Both the position numbers and the translations under genes were made by a program. This document shows positions 54,840 to 64,000 of a DNA stretch of 64,000 nucleotides, in pieces. The notes beneath the pieces are model-generated. The model was given only the letters and a program-made list of their open reading frames with translations. It searched no databases and was not told the origin of the DNA. Position 1 is the stretch's first letter, and the number at the start of each line of letters is the position of its first letter. The DNA is from Eledone cirrhosa (Eukaryota), in assembly GCA_964016885.1 (NCBI GenBank), contig OZ024740.1, positions 360,220,001-360,284,000 on the forward strand, read 5' to 3'.

Positions 54840-55698
54840 CTTTGTTCGTCTGTCTGTCTGTCTTTTCCTCATGCATTCTTAAACAGCTCAACCAAATCAA
54901 ATCAAATTTTCAAGGTATTAGACCCCGAAATTAACAACATGTATTTTTTATTTTCATTTGAATTAAAACAATATATTTTCGCTAAAATAATCTTTCAACG
55001 CGACGACGACGATAACGTCACATTTTGTATATGGGTGTGTATGTGTATGTAAGTGTGCTTGTGGCCTTAGTAAGTTACATACACACACATCTTCACGTAA
55101 ATATTTAATCAAATACACAGAATTAAACACATGCACACCTCTACACATGTGATGACACAATAAATATTGTTTACCCTGATTACATCCCAGAGATATTCTC
55201 AAAAGACTTTATTTTGAAAAGAGTGTTGGAAAATAACCACTTCTTCTTCGACAACAACTTTTATTTACAAATAAAAGGAACAGTCATGGGAACAAAAATA
55301 CCCCCAACATATGCAACACTTGTGATATTCCCAACTACAAATTTTACCAAGAGTTTGCCATCTATATAAGGACCAACTGCTGAAAACGATATCTAGATGA
55401 CTGCTTCATCTTCTGGAATAGAAACCTAAAATACATGGAACGGTTCCATTCCCTCCTAAACAGACTACAGTAATCAATAAAATAATCTACACATGTGCGG
55501 ACACAATAAATATTGCTTACACTGAGGTGCTTCAAAATTCAAAGATTTTCATTTCGAAATTCTATTATCATTACAACTTTGATATTTTCTTTTTATAAAA
55601 TATAGATATTTTGAAATAATTATGAGAAAAAATATATCTTCATATTTATTGTTTACTAATATGAATAAGAACAGCAGAAACCCAGGCATGTTCAGCTA

Positions 55699-55699
<1 letters not shown>
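54838..55699 (+). mobile_element. Non-autonomous Helitron-like element containing a PLE RT fragment (about 55180-55480)
   Basis: (GTCT)n 5' region; 3' CTAG|T at 55696-55700; internal NNHFFFDNNFYLQIKGTVMGT and RYLDDCFIFWN. Confidence 0.55.
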
Positions 55700-55750
<51 letters not shown>

Positions 55751-55751
<1 letters not shown>

Positions 55752-56086
55752 CATCATTTCATTTTACGTCCGCTTTTTCCCTGCTTGCAAGGGTGGGACG
55801 GAAACTGATGCTGGCTTGATTTCTACATCTGGATGCCCTTCCTAATACCAACCTCATTTACAGTGAGTGCTGGGTGCTTGTTTGCCGTGGAACCTCCACG
55901 ACCACTTTGCAGTGGAATGATATGGACCCCAGTCCCTATCATCTCATTTCTACAGCTGAGTAAACTGGAGCAATGTAAAATAAAGTGTCTTGCTCAAGGA
56001 AACAACACATCACCCGGTCTGAGAATTGAACTCACAACCTTTCGATTGCAAGGCCAATGCTCTAACCACTAAGCCATGTGCCTCCA
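55751..56086 (-). mobile_element. SINE, same family as 47558-47910
   Basis: High identity; older copy at about 28250-28385. Confidence 0.85.
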
Positions 56087-56567
56087 AAATAAATGTGTTG
56101 TGGTAGCTAGCGAAGTGATAAATACAGCAATAGTTGCGAGCAGAACATTTGCAATTGGGGAAATAGGGATACCTGACAAGTATCGATGGATGGCTGGAAC
56201 GTAGCTAAACAACTCTAGTGATTCATTTTAGCCTTTCAGAGTAGAGTGTGTCTTATCTCTTCAATAACTTCAAGATGAGTGAGGAGGATTGGGTGAAGAG
56301 GGAAAGGGAGGTAATAGGTGGCTTAGAGATAGATAGAGAAAGAGAGATAGAGAGAGGGTAGCCATCATAGAGAGAGAGAGATAGAGAGAGGGAGGGGGTA
56401 GCCATCATAGAGAGAGGGTCGCCGTCATGGCTATCTAAATAACCGATAGAATACAGCATGGCAAAATGGCAAAATAACCGATAGAAATAAATACAGCTAC
56501 AATAATAATAATAGCCAGTCATGGCCTGTAGCCTTTGATGGAAAAATAGACAGATAGAGAGGCAGCA

Positions 56568-56667
56568 TAGGAAAAGAGTCAGGACCCCGACGGCTGAGCT
56601 CTTGCCGTTTCGACAGCTAGATCCGAACGGCCGGAGCTCAGCTGTCGGGGTCCTGACTCTTTTCCTA
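56568..56667. mobile_element. ~100-bp hairpin MITE with probable TA TSD
   Basis: TA|GGAAAAGAGTCAGGACCCCGAC...GTCGGGGTCCTGACTCTTTTCC|TA; half copy at about 36750-36798. Confidence 0.8.
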
Positions 56668-56764
56668 TTACCCACTCTACTACCCTAAGTATCGAGTACT
56701 CTGGTGCGTTATGGTCCTCCTGTTTTCTTACCACACTTTCTTTTTTATATATATATATATAAAT

Positions 56765-57168
56765 TCAGAAGACCCAACTGTGGTATATGTACCAATCTAA
56801 TAGAGGGATCGGAGTTCCACTTCAAACAAGGATAACACTTTACAGTTAAGTGAAATTCCACATGTGCATCAGAAAATCTGATCTATGTGTTGACCTGCTC
56901 AGGTTGTCGAGAGCACTACATAGAACAGACCAAAAACAGCCCCCAACAACGTATGACCGTCCATAGATCCCAAATCAAAATACGGGAATACAGAAAGATA
57001 GCACTAAGTGAACACACCGCGATCTGCGCATCCAATGAACAACCCAATTTTAGAATTTTTCCCATCTACTAATTCAAAGACAACGCTTCCTACATCCAAC
57101 GCATTAGCAAGGAATCACAATTTATCGCCAAATACGAACCCCTTCTAAATACTTCCACTTCGGACTAA
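56765..57168 (+). pseudogene. PLE GIY-YIG fragment (Neptune-like)
   Basis: CGIC...TCASENLIYVLTCSGCREHYIEQT...RMTVHRSQI...E..FI..YEPLLN, with stops. Confidence 0.8.
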
Positions 57169-57906
57169 ACCAAAGCTGGCACACTTTAAAATCAACACCC
57201 TAGACAAGATTCCAGTAACCTCTGACAACTATATAATGCAGACCAAGCAACCACATAATAACACCCACATCAGCAAGTCCTGGAGAACCCCAATAAAGAT
57301 AATCGGACAAATGGAAACATTCAGGTGCCAAACTAAATGCTTTACATTCCCCTGAATCTGGAAGCTTCTGCTGAAGATAGAATGGATATTCCAGTGGCTC
57401 TGAACCCCTCTTTGTAGCAAAAGTTTCTCCATCCTCCTAAATCTAAAATTACTGCTAGGGATGGAATTAATATTTCAATAACTCTTCTTTGTGACAAAAA
57501 AAATCTAGGTCAATGTTGATGATTTCTTCTAAGAAAAAATACCAAGATAGATATTTTTAGCAGCAACCAGCCCCTCCCCCGAGTCAATTCTAAGGTCACC
57601 CAGCCTTTCAAACCAATCCCAGCCAAACCTTGTATCCACTATTCAAAGGGTCCCACATAACAGTCTGCAGCCACCTCCTCCCCTCCTTCTTTTCTTCTCC
57701 TCTCCCTCCCTGCTTCTCTACCCTCTTCAGTCACAACCAAGCCATTAGCAGGGAAGGATGGATTGACAAAATGACTTTCTTCTCTGAAGGACCACGTATG
57801 TGAAAATTAACTTTTCTTCCCCTCTTTATATATATATATATAAAGATGAAATCGAGAATGCAACTGGAGTCTTATTTTAAAATATATATATATATTTATT
57901 TGGTTC

Positions 57907-57942
57907 CTTTACCGGTTTCGCAGTTCTTCTGCTTTTCAAAAG
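57907..57942 (-). ncRNA. Minimal hammerhead, U3-A8 variant
   Basis: CTT-TTGAAAA-GCAG AAGAA CTGC-GAAA-C CG G-TA-AAG. Confidence 0.7.
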
Positions 57943-58033
57943 TAGAGTTGATATATATATATATATATATTTGTTATTATCATTATCTCCACTATTTGTA
58001 CAAATATGCAACTTAATAATATTCTGCACATCC

Positions 58034-58071
58034 GCAATTGACAATGCATTTAATGCTGAAACCGGCATTGT
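58034..58071 (+). ncRNA. Degenerate hammerhead (U3-A8 variant, U16.1C)
   Basis: GCAA-TTGACAA-TGCAT TTA ATGCT-GAAA-CCGG-CA-TTGT. Confidence 0.5.
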
Positions 58072-58147
58072 AAATAAATTAATGTTTTAAATTTCACTAA
58101 ACATATCTCTTCAACATTTTCTACAGAAAAAATCTTTTTCCTTTCTA

Positions 58148-58208
<61 letters not shown>

Positions 58209-58596
58209 AACAACTGATTCTTTTTTTCAAATACCACTTTGGAAGAAGAATCAGGATGGAGAGAGAGGTGCTGTACCCCAGCAAGTTTTATGAAAGGTGG
58301 GTGAAAGTGGCGAGAATGGCCCGAGTGAATGGGCCTTCTCTCTATATCAGCCTGTAGGTTGAGGAAAAGGAGGAGGAGAGGAAAGGAGTACAAGCTCTTC
58401 GTACTCCTGGAGATGAGGGTTGCACATTTTTTTCGGGGGTCTGTGTTACCCATATAAACTGTCTCCCTCTATTGGGGAAAATCGACTAACTTTTAAATTC
58501 CATCTGTGATAACATTTTACACGTTTTTATTGTATGTAAACTTCCCCCTTTGTATTTGTCCCCTTCTTTTGTGCCCCTGTGGCTAATAAAGAAATA
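58209..58596 (+). mobile_element. 5'-truncated Tx1/L1 3' end between (TATC)n tracts
   Basis: Manual translation QLILFFKYHFGRRIRMEREVLYPSKFYERWVKVARM resembles an ORF2 C-terminus; AATAAA at 58585. Confidence 0.7.
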
Positions 58597-58839
58597 TATC
58601 TATCTATCTATCAGACGTGTGTAACTTCGCGGAGAAGTTTCCGTTAATTTATGTAAGAAAATAACGTGAGTTTTTAGTTAAATTTTATATCATTGTGTAA
58701 CTTGACCCCCCCCCCCCCCCCGTCTGAACCTTCAGGTGGTGGGTCAAGTCATTTTCGCCCCTACAGGGGCGGAATATCCACTTGAAAATCTTTTCTCCAT
58801 CGAATCTTGGAAAAAATATTGTAAAATTTTGATTACGTT

Positions 58840-60709
58840 ATGAACGCTGCGTCCAACGATAATGGTGGTGGAGAGGCGGTAAGACTACAAAGCTCGCAGT
58901 CAACAACGTCTTCTTCACTAGATACTATAGAGATAGAAAGACGAAATGAAAATGTAAAAACGAATTCATATTCAAACAACACAAATGACACCAAACAATT
59001 CAATGACAACAAAAATAACAGCAACACCAATAATGATGATAAAAGCAACAATGATAACAACAACAAAGAAAAAAATAAAGACAACACCAATAACACCAGC
59101 ATCAAAGACAACAACAACACCAAGGAAAATACGGATAATACCAACGTCGGTGACAACAAGAATAACAACAACAATAACAACAATAATGACAACACCACCA
59201 ATACGGATTCCACAAAGAAACCAAAAATCTCCTTTGCAGAGAAAGTTAAAAAAAAGGAAGAATTGATATATCTCGACATAACAAATGCTGAACAACTTTT
59301 AAAGGACGCTAGGAGATATGTCAGTTTCGAAAAAAATGGTGCTTTCAGCATCAATTCTCCGGTAGAAATTCGCAAGGAAACTGCTCTCAAAACGATAGTT
59401 TTTAGGACAGTTTCCAATTCTACCCGAAAACTAGTCCAATTGTCACAGAAAGAAATTGAACTGGTTTTCAAAAATTCAATGAATGATATTGCATTCATTC
59501 AAAGAAGCAAACTTTTTGGGAGTATTTCGGTACTCATGAAGGATCAATTGACGGCCCAAAATTACTCTGTGTCGCCAATTGTATCCGACCTGTACACCTT
59601 TTTCCCTACATACATATGGTGAACATATGGTGGATACTGTGCGGCTTCATCAATTTTGATCAAGACAGAATACTGTCAGTAGGAAAGTCCCCCAGAGATG
59701 TATTCAATGGGACTAGCATTGAAGTTCTGGCGCAAATGAGCCCAGAGCGAATAGCTATGATCCCACAGCGTGTACTCCTGGACGGACTCACCTACATTAA
59801 CTTTTCGGTTGAGGGTAGGCGGCCTTCATGTTACCATTGCTTTAGCAGGGGTCACCTGAGGGCTTCCTGTCCTAAATTAATCAACCAAAAAAAGGCTCTT
59901 CTGCCGACACCCATCAAAACAACACAACCACCAACACCACCACAACAATAACACCAACACACAAAAATAACCACAACAAACACAGTCCCACCCAACCCCA
60001 CTCCACCTAAAACCACTGCAAAATCACATACAGACACAACAGCTCCCCAAGACATACCCCTCCCCAATCACACAGACGATACAACAGATGAGGCTATCTC
60101 GCCATCACCCAGTGAAGACGAGGGAGAACCCATCGCTCGAAAAGAAAGAAAAGACATCACAAAAGCAAAAAACCAGCAAACACTACCACAAACATACAAC
60201 CACCAACACAAACAACAAAAACATCACAAACAAAACCCCCACCTCCTGAAAACAAAATACCTACAACAAAACGAAAGCACACACAAGAACTACAGACAAA
60301 AACAAACACAACACAAGAAAATTACACTTACACTTACATAAACACTGAAAACAAAACACTAATGGAGACCATCACAAACGACCCTTCGGTGAAAACCGAA
60401 GGGAAAACTTTCGCCCACTCTATTAAAAATAGCAAAAAACTGAACCTAAAACTGATTAGGGTCCCTATACAAACTTATAGGTCCCTAAAAGAAACATTTG
60501 AGAAGGATGTGGGGAATTCCTGCGTGAAACCACTCAACCGCGTCCTTCTCAAATGTCTCCCCACCTCAGACACCCCCATCCCACCAGACTCCACCCCACC
60601 AAACATCTCCGTCCCCACCCCGCCGGAAACCACTACCCATCCAGACAACCCCTCCAACACCCCCATGGAAATCGTGCGGCCTGGTCCCCAGGAGACGAAG
60701 GGTGAGTGA
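58840..60709 (+). pseudogene. Tx1 ORF1 (Asn-rich N-terminus, CCHC knuckle), disrupted
   Basis: ISFAEKVK; VEGRRPSCYHCFSRGHLRASC. Confidence 0.75.
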
Positions 60710-60742
60710 TCTCTTTTCCTCTTTTAACTTTTCAGCACCAAC

Positions 60743-63700
60743 ATGGCCAATATAAGAGTTGGATGTGTGAACGTACGCGGCCTGGGGATGCCCTGGAAAC
60801 AGGGCAAACTCTTAAACGACTTCAGGTCGCACAGTATGGATGTGGTAGCCATTTGCGAGTCCAGGATCCACGGCGAGCGACAGCTGGCCCCCATCTTCGA
60901 TGACTTTGAGATCTACGCATCTCTCTGTCAACCGGGGGGGGGGGGGCGGAGTTGCCGTTTTGCTGCGGAAACACCTGGGCCTCGTAACACAGACGGTACA
61001 TCTGGATCCGGAGGGTCGACTGGTGGTCCTAGACGTTGACGGTAGTGAAGGTGGAGCCTTCAGGCTGGTGGCCGCATATGCCCCATCCGGGACACCGCGG
61101 CCAGACTTCTTCAGACGTCTAGAGACTTTTCTGGGAACGTCCCGTTCCTTGCTTTTAGTGGGGGACTGGAATGGAATCCTAGATGTACGTTGGGACTATG
61201 TGGGAGCATGTCCCGATAAAGGGGGGTGTAACAGCCTCAAACAGTTAATCGATCGATTTGACCTGGCCGATAGATATCGACTAGATTTTCCGACTGCGCC
61301 ACTGTGGATGTGGAGTAATCGTAGCGGAACATCTAGATCGTTCCTAGATAGGGTTCTAGTTAGAAATAAGGATAGGGACATGTTAAGCTGTCCACAAATG
61401 TTCATGGTTGCCTATTCAGATCACAAACTAGTGACCTGCATGGCCAACCTTGATAGAACCCATAGACAAGGACCCGGCTACTGGAAGCTGAACTTGTCGT
61501 TACCGACAAGCAAAGCCTACAGTAGACGGATTAGCACTTTAGTTAAACAGCACTTGACAGGGGCCATTGTCAACAACAGATGGTGGTAGTCTCTCAAGAG
61601 GGCAGTTAGATTAGACTCGATAGTTTTTAGTAAAGAATTAGCGTTAGATAGAAATAGAACCGAGAAGGAACTGGTAGATAAAGTAGAAGAGGCAATTAGA
61701 AGTGGCAACGTAGCCAGCGTGCTAGCAACGAGAACGGCCTTGGACCAGTTCTTCGACGCAAAGCACGAGGGCTGCGTTGTCAGAAGCAAAATACGTGCTC
61801 TGGGAAACGAGGGAGCCAAAGCTGTTAGCTGGGCCCGAGTGACGGAGGCAAAAAGTGGCAACAAGTCCACGATTCGGTCTTTGAAGGACCAAAACGGACG
61901 CGTGATACGTGAGCCGAAGCAGATGTGTGCGGCTTTTCAGCGGCACTTTGCTCAGCTGTTCGAGGGGGGGGGGGGATGCTATGGATTTCGGTCCATACCT
62001 CGACGGCCTACCGCGACTCTCGGACAGCGAGGCAAAGTTCTGCGAAAACCCGATTTCAGCCACTGAGATAGGGGACGCGCTGAGCCAATGCGGCAAACGC
62101 AAATCTCCAGGTCTCGACGGTCTACCCTACGAATTTTACGTAGCAATGCCGGACTTATTCTCCGGTCTCCTGGAAGCGGTCTATTGCAACTGGCAACAGA
62201 ACGGGAGAATTCCCAGTTCTGTAACCGAGGGCGTGGTCACACTAATCAGGAAGGACGAGAATAAGGGGGATGACATAGGCAACTTCCGGCCCATAACTCT
62301 GCTAAACACAGAGTTACAGATTTTGGCCAAGGTGTTGGCAAAGAGGCTGGCGCTTGTCGTCAAGAACCTGGTGGGAGAAGCGCAGACATGCGCAATCCCG
62401 ACCAGGTCCATACACGACAACCTCCACCTCATGCGATACATCATAGAGAGGGTAGGGTGTAAACCCGGCTTCGGTGGGGCCCTGATCAACTTGGATCAGT
62501 CTAAGGCTTTCGATAGGGTTGACCATCGTTACCTGGATGCGGTGCTCGAGGCGGCAGGCTTCGGACCCGTGTTCAGGGGCTGGATTGCTGCAATGCACAA
62601 CAGCAACATCTGCTCAAGGGTCAAGGTGAACGGCTACCTCTCGGAGCCGTTCCATATTACGCGATCCATTCGACAGGGATGCCCTCTCTCCTCCCTTCTG
62701 TACGTACTGACTCTCGAGCCACTACTGCGGAAGTTGGAGCTATTGCAGGGCATCCCTCTGGAACCGGGACTGCGGAAAGCGGCGTCGGCCTACGCCGACG
62801 ACTTGACAGTAATGGTGTCGAGCGCCTCGCAAATCGAGGAAGTCGCCACCTTACTGAAGGAATACGAAAGTTTCACAGGAGCGAAGCTGAACCGGGACTA
62901 GTCCATCGGTTTGCAACTCGGATCATGGAGAGGCAAACCGATGCCTTCCGATGGCGTCGTCGGACGCTCGACGGAAGGACCGGTAAAGCTGCTCGGGGAA
63001 GGTTTGGTCCGGACCTCCAGGTGGAGAAGAACTGGAACGAAGTGACGGCCAAGGTGTTTGCAATCACCCAGAAGTGGGCCGAGTGCAAACTATCCTTGAA
63101 AGGTCGAGCGGAGGTGGCGAACACTTTTATAGCGTCCGCCATCTACTACCGCTTGACCGTCGTACCTTGTCCAGCCAAAACGCTCGCCAAAATGGAACGC
63201 GCGCACTTCCGATTCCTTTGGAAGAGGCGGGCTCCTTTGGTGAGAAGATCCATCTGCTGCCAACACCCTTCTAACGGAGGGCTGGGGATGTCGTGGTTGA
63301 CGATGCGCAAACGCGCTCAGGCTGCGGCATCTCTACGTATTCCTCACCGGACAACCGGTGTGGGCCCCGTTCGTGAGGCGAGCCTTCCCACGACTCGTCT
63401 CGCTGACCGAGCTGCAGTCCTGGGTCAAGCAAAGACCGAGGAAAATGGGCGACTGGCACATCGAATGTGCTCACGCGCTCACAGCCCTCTGGCAGGCGGA
63501 CCCGGCGATCAGTGGAGACTCCACTTCGTCATTCTATAGAGGGTTGATCCGCAGCAAGTGCGACGACGCGCTCGGTGAAACTCTAGGCGTAGAGGAAGAT
63601 GAACTGGCCAGTCTGTTCGGTAGGACCTTCCGCCCGGGACCGATGGACAACTTCCAAAAGTCCCTGGCCTGGCAGTGCTACCGAGGAGCTGTACCAGTTC

Positions 63701-64000
63701 GAGACAAGCTCTACAGACATGGGCTCCCGGGCAGGGACCCTGCAAAAAAGATCTGTCCGAGGTGCGTGCGAGACGAAGAAACCGTCGCGCACGCATTCAT
63801 ACACTGCCCGGGCGTCACTGACCTGTGGGGCTATGTAGAACGACTATTGTCGCGGGTGGGACCAATCCAGTTGACCACCGAGTCCATTGTCATGATCAAA
63901 CCGCCACCCTCCTTCAAAAACGAAGGAGAGGCGGTTTTCCTTTGTGTGATAGCTATGGCGAAAGAGGTTGTATGGTGGACGAGGTTGAAAGGGGTGAGGT
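60743..64000 (+). pseudogene. Tx1 ORF2 (APE, RT, zinc region) with frameshifts and stops
   Basis: NVRGL, VGDWN, SDHK, GYWKLN, KSPGLDGLP, NFRPITLLN, DQSKAFDRV, RQGCPLS, YADD. Confidence 0.92.

Larger units (their letters stand above)
58613..64000 (+). mobile_element. Tx1/L1-clade LINE, decayed, running off the window
   Basis: ORF1 and ORF2 layout; begins right after (TATC)n. Confidence 0.9.

Noticed and set aside
41140-56086. tRNA-like sequences with A/B boxes
   Set aside because: They are SINE heads continuing into SINE bodies, without proper cloverleaf ends.

Overview
AT-rich, microsatellite-laden eukaryotic DNA made almost entirely of nested transposable elements. The SINE and LINE families suggest an octopod cephalopod, which is inferred and not proven. 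Autonomous-type elements: one intact 1078-aa RTE LINE (31980-35216, -), a second RTE broken by a single TGA (44438-47503, +), a compact decayed Gypsy-order LTR element with both LTRs and a TSD (13826-17912, -), a Tx1/L1 element in (TATC)n (58613-end), Penelope-like element (PLE) GIY-YIG/RT remnants and Helitron RepHel remnants. Non-autonomous elements include an LTR element, a solo LTR, tRNA-derived SINEs and MITEs. No complete host gene is visible; there is one possible first exon near 9.1 kb. The main hidden signal is about 19 type I hammerhead ribozyme (HHR) motifs read by eye from several distinct families. Most sit in short fold-back or tandem PLE-type termini within (TA)n. They include a compensatory U3-A8 core variant in three families, an HHR with a very long stem II, and palindromes whose fold point coincides with the ribozyme. 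All folds are manual and untested.
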